A stretch of DNA of 64,000 nt from Escherichia phage ETEC-TG. The notes below the pieces were generated by a model, which was given only the letters and a program-made list of their open reading frames with translations, was not told the origin of the DNA and ran no database searches. The position numbers were made by a program, and so were the translations under genes. The DNA is taken from the sequence record OR786310.1; one strand, 5' to 3'. Position 1 is the stretch's first letter, and each line of letters starts with the position of its first letter. Below, in pieces: positions 6,477 through 16,197 of this stretch.

Positions 6477-6711
6477 TGAGTGTAAGGCTGTAGCCATAGA
6501 AAAGGTTAAAGGTCCAGATTCGGACTTGATGGATAAAGTATCGACACCTGTGCCATACACTAAAAATCAAATTGCAAAAGGGGTTAGTAGATCTGAAGTT
6601 GTTAACAACCAAACTCAAAACAATGCTCTTTGGGAGCAAGATAGACGAAAGGTTCTAGGTTTACAAACATATATTAAAACACTGCAAGAAAAAGGTATTA
6701 TTGCTGAATAA
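6385..6711 (+). CDS. lipoprotein (o-spanin-like)
   Basis: Signal peptide with lipobox LMMTGC; overlaps 3' end of 6084-6476. Confidence 0.4.
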   Translation: MQKLILAVCLALPLMMTGCSSSTKVSPVLIDECKAVAIEKVKGPDSDLMDKVSTPVPYTKNQIAKGVSRSEVVNNQTQNNALWEQDRRKVLGLQTYIKTLQEKGIIAE

Positions 6712-6720
6712 GGAGGGAAT

Positions 6721-8796
6721 GTGGCAAAGAAAAAGGCAGCAGGTAGTTTAGCTGGAGTAGATATTGAAGTAAAGGCTCAACCAGGTAAACAGACTCTTGC
6801 AATGGATTTAATGCCAGAAGTTATGATTTATGGTGGTGCCGCTGGATGTGTTTCTGCTGAAACGGAATATCTTACAAAAGATGGTTGGAGGCAGATTAGT
6901 GAATATTCGGGAGAGGATATTTACCAATACAATCCTAAGAATAAGCGTTTAGAATTGGTAACACCTTATTTTGTAGAATACGATTTAAATGGAGATAACC
7001 TATACAGAATAACAAATGGTGTAGGATTATTCCAAGAACTTAGTATGGAACACCGTTTTGTATTCTATAAGAAAAAGAAATCAAAGAAACATTTCGAGAT
7101 TCTTGTAGGAGATCTTATTGCATTACAGCAAATAGGAAAACCCCTGCAAGGTTATGTAGAAAATCCATTCGGTAAACGTGTTCCTTTTAACATACCTGGT
7201 AAAAAGAGCACTTACTTAAAAATACACGAGGTTATTTCAACAGATGATAAGAAATATTGTTTTGAGACTCCAAGCAGCTATATTGTCTTTAGACGTGGCG
7301 ATCACTGCTTCGTTACTGGGAATAGCGGCAAGTCTCGTCTGCTATTGCTGAAAGCTTTAAAATACGCCTACAAAGACCCTTTGTTTGGTGGAATACTTTT
7401 CCGTAAGAACACCACTGCTCACCGTAAACCAGGTGGTCTGTTTACAGAAGCAAAACGTTTGTATCTTCCTTTACAACCACATGTAAAAGAAAGTACAATG
7501 GATATCATTTTTGAAGCCACTGGTGGTGGAACCCTCAAATTTGACCATTTGGAAAATGATAACGTAACAGCAGAAACAAACCATCAGGGTACACAGTATT
7601 CAATGGTAGGTTTTGACGAGTTAACCCACTTCACACAATATGAAATGCTCTATCTTCTGGGACGTATGCGTTCAGAGTCAGAAACAAGTTTCATGTTGTG
7701 CACATGTAACCCTGACGCAGATAGTTGGGTTTTGAATTGGGTGTTACCTTATCTTGATGAGGGTGGTTATCCTAGAGAAGATATGTGTGGTAAACAAAAA
7801 TATTTCATCATTGTTAACGATGAACCTGTTTTTGCTGACACACCTGAAGAACTGAAAGAAAAATATCCAGAAAACTGTTTCATGGAAAACCCTAATACAG
7901 GGGAGACAGTTGTTATTGAACCACAAACTTTCGTATTTATTGGTGGGACAATATTTGATAACCCAGAACTCATTAGGCTTAACCCTAATTACTTAGCACA
8001 GCTTAAATCACAAACAGCTATCAAAAGAGCACAGCTTCTGGACGGTTGTTGGTTTGCACGTATCCAGAAAGAATCTTTCTTTCAACGTGAATGGTTACAT
8101 AAAATATCTTATAAAGATGTTCCTAACAATCTTAAACTAATGCGAGCATGGGATAAAGCTGTTTCAGTTCCTACAGAAACTTACCGTTATCCAGACTATA
8201 CAACATCTGTCAAAATGGGTAAAGACCAAGATGGTAATATCTACATCTTTGGCGACTATGATTATGATGCTGTGGATGAGAAAAGTAAAATTTTCGGAAG
8301 GTTTCGAAGACTACCTGGGGAAAGGGATAACCTGATTCTAAATCAATGTAAGATTGATGGACCAGAAGTTACAGTAGTGCTTCCTAAAGACCCATCTGGT
8401 GCTGGGACAATAGAATACACAGAGTCTGCAAAGAAACTTATTCTAGAGGGTTTTGTTGTTAAACCAGATGCTATGCCAGGCAACAAGAAAAAACTTCAGC
8501 GTTTTATGCCTTTTAGTAGTGCGTGTCAAAACGGCTTTGTTTATATTGTTGAAGATTCTTTCCCTAATGTGGAAACTTTAACCCACTTTTATAAAGAATT
8601 GGAATCTTTCAATGGTGAAAGATCTACAGCCACTATTAAAGATGACATTCCCGATGCTGCTGCCTCTTGTTTTAATACTCTGTCAAAAGAGAATACTTTC
8701 AAAGCAGTAGCAATCCCTACAACAACAAATGCTCCTACAGGATACAGTAGAATGAACAGCGGATTTCACCAACCGTATAGTGTCCGTAAAAGATAA
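6721..8796 (+). CDS. terminase large subunit, interrupted by a putative mini-intein
   Basis: GTG start after AGGAGGG RBS; removing the insert reconstitutes Walker A YGGAAG|SGKS; Walker B-like MVGFDE; directly upstream of portal. Confidence 0.65.
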   Translation: MAKKKAAGSLAGVDIEVKAQPGKQTLAMDLMPEVMIYGGAAGCVSAETEYLTKDGWRQISEYSGEDIYQYNPKNKRLELVTPYFVEYDLNGDNLYRITNGVGLFQELSMEHRFVFYKKKKSKKHFEILVGDLIALQQIGKPLQGYVENPFGKRVPFNIPGKKSTYLKIHEVISTDDKKYCFETPSSYIVFRRGDHCFVTGNSGKSRLLLLKALKYAYKDPLFGGILFRKNTTAHRKPGGLFTEAKRLYLPLQPHVKESTMDIIFEATGGGTLKFDHLENDNVTAETNHQGTQYSMVGFDELTHFTQYEMLYLLGRMRSESETSFMLCTCNPDADSWVLNWVLPYLDEGGYPREDMCGKQKYFIIVNDEPVFADTPEELKEKYPENCFMENPNTGETVVIEPQTFVFIGGTIFDNPELIRLNPNYLAQLKSQTAIKRAQLLDGCWFARIQKESFFQREWLHKISYKDVPNNLKLMRAWDKAVSVPTETYRYPDYTTSVKMGKDQDGNIYIFGDYDYDAVDEKSKIFGRFRRLPGERDNLILNQCKIDGPEVTVVLPKDPSGAGTIEYTESAKKLILEGFVVKPDAMPGNKKKLQRFMPFSSACQNGFVYIVEDSFPNVETLTHFYKELESFNGERSTATIKDDIPDAAASCFNTLSKENTFKAVAIPTTTNAPTGYSRMNSGFHQPYSVRKR
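6847..7323 (+). other. putative mini-intein (159 aa, Cys43 to Asn201) in the terminase P-loop
   Basis: Begins CVSAETEYLTKDGW, internal S-x-x-H block (LSMEHRF), ends ...FVTGN with +1 Ser; no endonuclease domain. Confidence 0.55.
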
Positions 8797-8799
8797 TTG

Positions 8800-8828
8800 T
8801 TGACAAAAGTCACTTTAAAGTGTATTAT
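8800..8828 (+). promoter_or_regulatory. sigma70-like promoter upstream of portal gene
   Basis: TTGACA - 17 nt - TATTAT. Confidence 0.45.
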
Positions 8829-8897
8829 AACTAGATAGGTGAGGTTGTATATAATACAGCCTTGCCTTAACGATTTTATACCTGACTGGAGGAACAA

Positions 8898-10463
8898 GTG
8901 TCAACAGGAAAAAGAACGTACACTAAAAAGTCAGAATACTGGGACAAAGGTGCTGCAAATAAAGCTGCTCTCTCTCCAACAAAAGAAGCAGAGAAAGAGA
9001 AAACGTTACTCCTGTCACCTGAAATAGGAACGATCGGATTAAACTCAATCAAAGCATTTACGAATTTCATGCAACCTTATGAGACTCGTTTCCCAGAATG
9101 TATTCGCACTTTTAAAGAGATGGGTGAAGACCCTGATGTAGCTACTGCTCTTGACGCTACATATATCTTTGTAGATAGAGCATTCTTTGATTTCAAGATA
9201 AAATACAATGTAAACTCGGCAAAGTCAAGAAAAGCTGCTAAGTTTATTGATTACATGTTACGCAATATGCAAGCCCCTCTACGTCAATATGTTAGATCAC
9301 TTTTGACATATAAGCAATATGGTTTTGCATTCGCAGAGAAAGTTTATGAGTTGGATGAAGATCCTAAAAGTCCTTACTTTGGGTATTGGCGATTAACCAA
9401 ACTGGCTTTTAGACCACAAGACACCCTTCACATGGCTCAACCTTTTACATATTCGGCAGACGGACGTTCTATTCTATCTGTTAACCAGAATATCACCAAT
9501 ACGATGTTAGCTCCAGGCAATACAACTTTAGAAACTGGTATTAAAGAAATTCCTTTCAGTAAAGTTTTATTTGTTGGTAGCAACATTACAGAGAATAACC
9601 CATTAGGAGTTAGTCCGCTTTTAGCTGTATATCGTAGCTGGCGTGAAAAATCTCTTATTCAGGAATTTGAGGTTATTGGGGTATCTAAAGATTTAGGCGG
9701 TATGCCAGTTCTTAAGGTTCCAAGTGACATTCTAAACAGGGCATCTTTAGATCCTGCGGGGGATGAAGCACAATCTCTTCGAGTTCTCCAAGCCAACATC
9801 GCTAACCTGCACTCTGGTGAGCAAGCCTACATGGTGTTGCCTTCAGACGTTTATGAAGGCACAGTGATGCGTCAATACGATCTTGTATTCCAAGGTGTTG
9901 ATGGCACGGGTAAACAGTTTGACACTCAAGCACTAATCAAACAACGTAAACTGGATATTTATAACCGCTTTGGTGCGGGTGTGTTGATTATGGGTGATGG
10001 TGACGCAGGAAGTTTTGCGCTTTCTGACAACAAACAAACACTATTGTCTCATTTTATTGAGCGAGATGTAGATATTGTTGTAGAAGCTATAAACTCTCAA
10101 CTGATCCCTCAAACACTACGACTAAACAATATCTTCCTTTCTGATGAAGATATGCCTAAATTTGTCAGTGGTGAAATGGGTGATCCTGATATTGAAGTAA
10201 ATGCTAAAGCTATTCAGCAGTTGGTAGCCTCTGGTGCAATACCTTTAACCCCAGAAGTTATTAACGAGTTTCTTGAAAAAATTGGTTTTGAATATCGCAT
10301 CCCTGATGATATTGTTGCCAATAAAGAGAAATTCTTTGAATTCATGGATAACTATATGCCTGACAAAACTTCACGATCAGGAGATGGTTTAGCTACAGCG
10401 GGAACTGGAACGTCTGATACTGTTTCTGCTCTAGATCCTTCAGCACAAAACCTGTCGAATTAA
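8898..10463 (+). CDS. portal protein (putative)
   Basis: 521 aa, immediately downstream of terminase, GGAGGA RBS with GTG start. Confidence 0.55.
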   Translation: MSTGKRTYTKKSEYWDKGAANKAALSPTKEAEKEKTLLLSPEIGTIGLNSIKAFTNFMQPYETRFPECIRTFKEMGEDPDVATALDATYIFVDRAFFDFKIKYNVNSAKSRKAAKFIDYMLRNMQAPLRQYVRSLLTYKQYGFAFAEKVYELDEDPKSPYFGYWRLTKLAFRPQDTLHMAQPFTYSADGRSILSVNQNITNTMLAPGNTTLETGIKEIPFSKVLFVGSNITENNPLGVSPLLAVYRSWREKSLIQEFEVIGVSKDLGGMPVLKVPSDILNRASLDPAGDEAQSLRVLQANIANLHSGEQAYMVLPSDVYEGTVMRQYDLVFQGVDGTGKQFDTQALIKQRKLDIYNRFGAGVLIMGDGDAGSFALSDNKQTLLSHFIERDVDIVVEAINSQLIPQTLRLNNIFLSDEDMPKFVSGEMGDPDIEVNAKAIQQLVASGAIPLTPEVINEFLEKIGFEYRIPDDIVANKEKFFEFMDNYMPDKTSRSGDGLATAGTGTSDTVSALDPSAQNLSN

Positions 10464-10492
10464 AAATATTTAATATTTTTTAATTTTTCTAT

Positions 10493-10520
10493 TGACAAAA
10501 CAACAAATATCCTGTAGACT
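10493..10520 (+). promoter_or_regulatory. sigma70-like promoter
   Basis: TTGACA - 16 nt - TAGACT. Confidence 0.4.
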
Positions 10521-10556
10521 AAGATTTATGGGATATCTGTTTTTAAGAGGTTTCAA

Positions 10557-11036
10557 ATGGAACTCAATAAAGATACACTGTGGGAACTCTTCAAAACCTT
10601 CGCTGGTTTTAAAGAGAATTCTGAATCCCAACAAGATTCTATACCATCTCAAAAACCTGAAACTCTAGTCAAACAAAATAAATTTGATGAAGAAAAGATG
10701 CAGGTTATTGAGGTCTTGTATTGTCCACCTGAAGAAGACGATCTCCACGGAGAGCGCATGTCTGATTTGGAAATCAGGAAGATGGTTGACAACTTCAATG
10801 AGAATATTACCAATATTAGCGGTAATCTTGGTCATATGAAGAACACCGATAAGTTTGCTCCAATTAAAGCTTGGGTAAATGAAGTCGATTGTTACATTGG
10901 TGACGAACTCGTTGTGGAAGGAACTCCCCTCGTTAAAATCCAATTCAACGACCCTGAATTATATCAAGCTCGTAAAGACGGCGTTCTTAAAGGTTTGAGT
11001 ATAGGCGCAATGGGCGTTAAAGTCAAGAAGGACTAA
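10557..11036 (+). CDS. head morphogenesis protein (unknown function)
   Basis: Position between portal and scaffold. Confidence 0.35.
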   Translation: MELNKDTLWELFKTFAGFKENSESQQDSIPSQKPETLVKQNKFDEEKMQVIEVLYCPPEEDDLHGERMSDLEIRKMVDNFNENITNISGNLGHMKNTDKFAPIKAWVNEVDCYIGDELVVEGTPLVKIQFNDPELYQARKDGVLKGLSIGAMGVKVKKD

Positions 11037-11038
11037 TC

Positions 11039-12154
11039 GTGGCAAATACATATTTAACTAACGTAGACTTTTCAGGAAAAGCTACGGAAGAGTCACTAGG
11101 TGCTCATATTGCTTACACTTTTGATTTTCAAGGTGGAGCGGCATCTGGTTATAATACCCCCCTTTTATTTAAGTCAGACGGATCTCCAGACATAACTTTT
11201 GAAAAGTTAGAAGCTCTCACTAAAATGGGAGAAGATGTTACAGAGTTACGTAAAAGCTATATTCAACAAGTGATGGATCGCATTTCTGAAAAAGTGCGTG
11301 AAAAATTTGAAGCTGGTTGGGATTGGGTTTACGTTATTGATGCTGACTTCGATGCGAACGTTGCAATTTTCTGTTCAGATAACGGTATGTTCTCTGTTGG
11401 CTTTAAAGTTGACGGACTGAATGTTGAAGTTGAAGAGGTTGCTAAACCTGTTGTTCGTGTTACTGATTATCAAGTTGTTGATGGTGATGTAATGATCTCC
11501 ATTGATTTCTTTGAGGACGTTTTAGACGATGCTTTGAGTAATCTCGTTAAGAGTTCCTTGAAACAAAGTCAAGTTAAAGATTATTTAGTGAAAGCTCACG
11601 CTAAAGCTAATACAAACTCTGTGGATGCAGAGGCTAACCCCGCAGGTGATAAATCTGCAAACACAACTGGAATCAATAAAGGAGAAACCCCTTTGGAAAA
11701 TATCAACAAAGAAGAATTCCTGAAATCTGCTGAATTCCAAGAACTGATGAAAGCACAGATCGCTGAAGCTGTAGAAAAAGCAGCAGCAGATGCACGTGCA
11801 GCCGCAGAACTTGAAGCACAGGAAAAAATCGCTAAGGCAGAACAGGAAGCAGAAGAACTTCGTAAAGCTGAACAAGCTCGTATCGAAGAAGAATATACAA
11901 CTGTTGTTAAATCCTATTCTTTCGTAGAAGAAGACAAAGTTGAAGCTCTCGTTAAATATCTGGTAGACAATAAAGATATCGCTGAAACTATCGTCAAAGC
12001 ATTCGAAAAAGCACGTGCAGAAGTGGACGCAGTTAAGAAAGAATTTGGAACAGAACGTGGTGTTGACGTGATCAATACTCAACCTGTAGCTAAATCTTCT
12101 TCTGAACTGATTAGTCAGAAAGCTGCTGAACTTAAAAAAGCCCAGAAACAATAA
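11039..12154 (+). CDS. scaffolding protein (putative)
   Basis: Long Ala/Glu/Lys-rich coiled-coil (AEAVEKAAADARAAAELEAQEKIAKAEQEAEELRKAEQARIEEE); just upstream of capsid genes. Confidence 0.5.
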   Translation: MANTYLTNVDFSGKATEESLGAHIAYTFDFQGGAASGYNTPLLFKSDGSPDITFEKLEALTKMGEDVTELRKSYIQQVMDRISEKVREKFEAGWDWVYVIDADFDANVAIFCSDNGMFSVGFKVDGLNVEVEEVAKPVVRVTDYQVVDGDVMISIDFFEDVLDDALSNLVKSSLKQSQVKDYLVKAHAKANTNSVDAEANPAGDKSANTTGINKGETPLENINKEEFLKSAEFQELMKAQIAEAVEKAAADARAAAELEAQEKIAKAEQEAEELRKAEQARIEEEYTTVVKSYSFVEEDKVEALVKYLVDNKDIAETIVKAFEKARAEVDAVKKEFGTERGVDVINTQPVAKSSSELISQKAAELKKAQKQ

Positions 12155-12173
12155 TCTTAGGAGATTAAATTAA

Positions 12174-12572
12174 ATGGCTAAAGGAATTACTTTATCTAAC
12201 TCTCGCCAGGAATTCGGACACCTGGTTCTGGGTGGAGTGTTTAGCTCTGACCTTGGACACTGTGTACGTGAAGTTAACCTGGTTAAAACAGCAACCATGA
12301 AAATTGGTTCTATCCTGAAAGCTGACAACACTGAAGCTGCTAAAGCTGAAGCTGCCGATGCTGCTAAAGTTCTGATTTGGACTGATGCTCTGTTCGGTAT
12401 TGACGATGTAGCAGTAGGTGACACTTTCACCGCAGTTGTTGGCGTACGTGATCTTACTCTGAACCGCTTTGCAGTATACTACAAAGATGGCTCCCTTGTA
12501 GATGAAGCTGGCGTAGCAGCACTGGAAACACATGATCTGAAACTGACCGAAAAAGTCGTTTTCACTTCTTAA
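12174..12572 (+). CDS. head decoration or minor capsid protein (putative)
   Basis: 132 aa, strong RBS, host-like high-expression codon usage, adjacent to major capsid gene. Confidence 0.4.
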   Translation: MAKGITLSNSRQEFGHLVLGGVFSSDLGHCVREVNLVKTATMKIGSILKADNTEAAKAEAADAAKVLIWTDALFGIDDVAVGDTFTAVVGVRDLTLNRFAVYYKDGSLVDEAGVAALETHDLKLTEKVVFTS

Positions 12573-12593
12573 TTTTAATAGGAGATTAATATA

Positions 12594-13595
12594 ATGCCAG
12601 CAGTAATTTTAGATCAGGTTGTAGATTTCAGCCCTATGATCGAACTTCAGGATTCCCCTGATACACTGATTGCCAGCCTGAATCTGTTCAGTGTTGACTA
12701 TCATTCAACTACCGCTATTGAAATCGGTAAAGAAAAAGCTGAAGATGCTCTGATCTCCGCTCGTGAGCGTGGTGGTGAGCGTAACTTCCTGAGCATGAAA
12801 AATCCAGAACTGAAAGCGTTCCGCATTCCGTTCTTCCCTCTGGATAAAAACATCAAAGCTCAAGATATTCAATCTTTCCGTAGCTTTGCAATGGCAGGAA
12901 TCAATGACTCTCTGCGCACAGACGCTGAAGTTGTTAACCGCTATATGTCCCAGATTCTGCGTGACGTAGCAAAAACCAAAGAGAAAATCTTTGCAGAAGC
13001 AGTTATGGGTCGTGCCTATAACGGCGTAGGTGGTGCAGCTAACTCTGCATACAACTGGTATACCGAATGGGGTGCTACCCAGAAATCTGTTGCTGTAGAC
13101 TTTGCTTCTACCACTGTTTCTCCAGCAGCCACTATCGAGAAAGAAGCTCGTGCTTACATCATCGATACTAAACAAGATGGCTCTACCGCTACTCGTATCG
13201 TAGCTCTGTGTTCTCGTGAATTTTTCGCATCTCTGGTTAACTCTCCATTTGTTCGCCAGGCATATCAGTATTTCCAGGGAACTCCTAACCTTCTGCGTGA
13301 TCGCCTTAGCGGTAACATGGATGTTCAGGTGTTCGAATGGAACGGTGTAACTTACATTGAAGATATCCACGGTAACATCCCTGCTGGTGAAGCATATGTT
13401 CTGCCTATGGGTATCGAAGGTATGTTCCAGGCGCACTACGCTCCTGCGGATACTCCAGAACTGGCTAACACCCAGGCTCGTGAACTGTATACCTTCATGA
13501 TCAGCCAGCACCGCACTATTCAGCTTCAGTCTGAATTCTCGCTGCTCGCAGTTAACACCCGTCCAGAACTGGTAGTTAAACTGACTACGGCTTAA
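12594..13595 (+). CDS. major capsid protein (putative)
   Basis: 333 aa, strong AGGAGAT RBS, strong codon bias, followed by a terminator, downstream of scaffold. Confidence 0.6.
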   Translation: MPAVILDQVVDFSPMIELQDSPDTLIASLNLFSVDYHSTTAIEIGKEKAEDALISARERGGERNFLSMKNPELKAFRIPFFPLDKNIKAQDIQSFRSFAMAGINDSLRTDAEVVNRYMSQILRDVAKTKEKIFAEAVMGRAYNGVGGAANSAYNWYTEWGATQKSVAVDFASTTVSPAATIEKEARAYIIDTKQDGSTATRIVALCSREFFASLVNSPFVRQAYQYFQGTPNLLRDRLSGNMDVQVFEWNGVTYIEDIHGNIPAGEAYVLPMGIEGMFQAHYAPADTPELANTQARELYTFMISQHRTIQLQSEFSLLAVNTRPELVVKLTTA

Positions 13596-13615
13596 TAGAA
13601 CTCTGTTAAGATTAG

Positions 13616-13647
13616 AGGCTCGTCCGTGATGGGCGAGCCTTTTCTGT
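13616..13647 (+). terminator. Rho-independent terminator after capsid gene
   Basis: Hairpin AGGCTCGTCC-gtgat-GGGCGAGCCT followed by TTTCTGTTT. Confidence 0.55.
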
Positions 13648-13679
13648 TTACAATAAGAGTTTACAACGAGGAGATTGAT

Positions 13680-14024
13680 ATGTCAAACCCAGAATTGAAA
13701 CGTTACTTTAGTTATCACGAAATGATTCGTGATTTCGAATCGCTTTCACCACTGATCGATGCTGATAAAACATTAGTATCTGCGCCACCAATGTCTTTCT
13801 ATCTGAAAGATGGTCGTATTGCATTAGGTGGAAACTTCATTCACTTCCTCACGCGTTTGAGAGAAGAAACAGGTATTCTTGTGCATCCTTTTGCAAGTGA
13901 AGAACACATGGGTTACTATCTTGTAAGTTACGAAGACTATGCACCTGTAAAAATCAAAGAAGAAGTTTTAAAAGTAGAAGCGGTAGACACTCCAGCTAAA
14001 AAACGTTCCCTTCGTAAAAAATAA
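13680..14024 (+). CDS. head-tail connector/completion protein (putative; start moved to ATG 13680)
   Basis: GAGGAGATTGAT RBS before ATG 13680; the track start lies inside the terminator hairpin. Confidence 0.4.
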   Translation: MSNPELKRYFSYHEMIRDFESLSPLIDADKTLVSAPPMSFYLKDGRIALGGNFIHFLTRLREETGILVHPFASEEHMGYYLVSYEDYAPVKIKEEVLKVEAVDTPAKKRSLRKK

Positions 14025-14033
14025 GGTGGGCTT

Positions 14034-14582
14034 ATGCTGAATGCGGTAGAGTTGGCACCACTGATCCGAATTCTTGTTTATAACCCTTCTCAAGAAGTAT
14101 TGCCAGATGCAATGCTGATTCAGATCATCCAAACTTGGATTGATATTATAGGGAATGAAGATAAGGATAAGTGTGCAGTATTGTGGAACAGCTTGATTTC
14201 TGTTTTAGAGTATTTATGGAACAACGATGTTCTTAACAATAGTACTCAAACAGGAGGAGCTATGTCCCGCAGAGAAAAGATGGGTGAAGTCGAAGTTGAA
14301 GTTAAATTTAACAACGGTCAAGTAACTTATAAGTCTCCGTGGGAAGATATCTATCATAACTATTTAAATGGTCTTATGGTCATTCCTGGGTGCACGGCAG
14401 GACGAGGGGCAACCAGTAAAGTTCTTATTGGCGGTGTTGATGCTCGTGAGATTGATCGAGTAAACAGCGATCCTAACTCTGTGAATGGTCTTGGTAATGT
14501 TGCAAGTGTTGATCGTAATACCCGCAACGTTAATTATTTGCGAAATTACGGACCTGTTTCTTTTTATCGTAGGGACAAATAA
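14034..14582 (+). CDS. head-tail joining protein (putative)
   Basis: Position in morphogenesis operon. Confidence 0.35.
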   Translation: MLNAVELAPLIRILVYNPSQEVLPDAMLIQIIQTWIDIIGNEDKDKCAVLWNSLISVLEYLWNNDVLNNSTQTGGAMSRREKMGEVEVEVKFNNGQVTYKSPWEDIYHNYLNGLMVIPGCTAGRGATSKVLIGGVDAREIDRVNSDPNSVNGLGNVASVDRNTRNVNYLRNYGPVSFYRRDK

Positions 14583-15070
14583 TGGAAAGTGAGATCTTAC
14601 CAGGTGACGATACAGATTGGGAAACCATTATCAAAAAGATGATGGACCTTGAACAAGTTCAAATCGAAGCTGGTTTTTTAACAAACAAAAGGCATCCTGA
14701 ATCAGATCTCACTATTCCTGCAATAGCAGCTATTCAACAATATGGTAATGAAACAAATAACATACCTGCTCGTCCTTTTATAACAGATGGTGCTGTTATC
14801 TCACAGAACAATATCGCTAAAAAGATGAAGCAGGTTTTTGCAAATTACCTAATGAACAATGTCGGATTAGCTGTTTTTGAGCCTATAGCGAGAGCCTCTA
14901 GAGAAGGAATAGCTCAAGCGATTGCAATGCAACGTTATCGTCCTTTATCTCCTGTGACAATTAAGATACGACAAGATAAAGGCAACTATTCTAATCATAT
15001 CTTAATAGATACGGCATATATGATAAATGCAATCGAAACAAAAATCACAAAAAGCAAGTCTAAAAAATAA
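14582..15070 (+). CDS. head-tail joining protein (putative)
   Basis: Start overlaps the upstream stop; position. Confidence 0.35.
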   Translation: MESEILPGDDTDWETIIKKMMDLEQVQIEAGFLTNKRHPESDLTIPAIAAIQQYGNETNNIPARPFITDGAVISQNNIAKKMKQVFANYLMNNVGLAVFEPIARASREGIAQAIAMQRYRPLSPVTIKIRQDKGNYSNHILIDTAYMINAIETKITKSKSKK

Positions 15071-15071
15071 C

Positions 15072-15100
15072 TTGCATAAACTTTGTTTTTGATGTATACT
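15072..15100 (+). promoter_or_regulatory. sigma70-like promoter
   Basis: TTGCAT - 17 nt - TATACT preceded by TG. Confidence 0.4.
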
Positions 15101-15115
15101 AAAAAGGAGATACAA

Positions 15116-15532
15116 GTGTTACTAGATCAATTTACTCTCCTTGATCTAACTGAATACCAAGGTCGTAGACGAGTCTACAAAGAGGCAGTTGGTTCAGTTA
15201 TTGCTAACTTAGAAAGTAGTGTAGAATATGAACCATTTACTATTGAAGCGGCAAGCTTACAACCGATATCTGGTAAAACACTGAATGCACTACCTGAAGG
15301 TTACAGATCTAAGGCTCAATATAGTTTCTGGACTAAAACAGAAATGAAGGGGTTACAACAAGGAACAGAACAGTTATCAGATCAGATATTGATAGATGGT
15401 AAATGGTATTCTGTTTATTCCCTTAAAGATTGGACCAGAACATCTTTCTTAGTCCATCATCACTGTGTTGCGATATTAGACGATCAAAACAACTCCTGGT
15501 CTTATGGAACAGAAGGAGGAAACTTTGGCTAA
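15116..15532 (+). CDS. tail completion protein (putative; GTG start at 15116)
   Basis: AAGGAG RBS then GTG at 15116; the track start at 15083 lies inside the promoter. Confidence 0.35.
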   Translation: MLLDQFTLLDLTEYQGRRRVYKEAVGSVIANLESSVEYEPFTIEAASLQPISGKTLNALPEGYRSKAQYSFWTKTEMKGLQQGTEQLSDQILIDGKWYSVYSLKDWTRTSFLVHHHCVAILDDQNNSWSYGTEGGNFG

Positions 15533-16163
15533 TATTTACCAACAAATAGAAGCATACGAAAATGCCATCTACTTAAATATAGGTGGCTTCCTTCAAGAAT
15601 TAGTGGGGTTGCCAGTCTATGTTATGGATAAGCCATTCATTAAACCGGATACTCCTTACCTAGCACTACGTATTATCACTTCCAGCGATTCTGGAGGTTG
15701 GTCTTACCGAAGCTCTATTCAAAATGATATGTATTCCTACGAGATGGATAATACCTACGAGATTGAACTTGTAGCCTATCGTGGAAGACCTACCACTTTG
15801 ATGAGCTATGTTCTGGCTGCTCTCCGTGGTGCAGAGGAATTAAAATACAAACATCTCTATTCTAAAGGTCTTGGTTTTTTAGGAGCCTCTAATATAGCTC
15901 AAGCCAATACAATTGTAGACGGAGATAAGACTGAATTAAGAGCGCGTATGGTTATGACGTTCAACACTCGTATGAGTATTGAAGATATTGCTACTACACC
16001 AATAGAAGCAATCAACATGCACATCCGTTCATTCAGAGATAGTTACAATGATCCTATCCCTTTAGATTTAATTCTAAACAGGGTTTATGCAATTACTTTG
16101 GTTCCAGGCGAATACTCGTCAGTTAATCAAAATGGATCATTATTTAACAACCCTACCGAATAA
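15504..16163 (+). CDS. tail completion / sheath stabiliser protein (putative)
   Basis: Position immediately before the sheath-sized gene. Confidence 0.35.
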   Translation: MEQKEETLANIYQQIEAYENAIYLNIGGFLQELVGLPVYVMDKPFIKPDTPYLALRIITSSDSGGWSYRSSIQNDMYSYEMDNTYEIELVAYRGRPTTLMSYVLAALRGAEELKYKHLYSKGLGFLGASNIAQANTIVDGDKTELRARMVMTFNTRMSIEDIATTPIEAINMHIRSFRDSYNDPIPLDLILNRVYAITLVPGEYSSVNQNGSLFNNPTE

Positions 16164-16197
16164 ACTCATTGGAATTAAGTTTCTAACAGGAGCATAA

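Noticed and set aside
11585-12151. 188-aa Cys/Phe-rich minus-strand ORF
   Set aside because: Antisense to the scaffold gene; low-complexity translation of the complement of GAA/GCA-rich coding sequence; no RBS.
12705-13511. 268-aa minus-strand ORF
   Set aside because: Antisense to the strongly biased major capsid gene; no translation signals.
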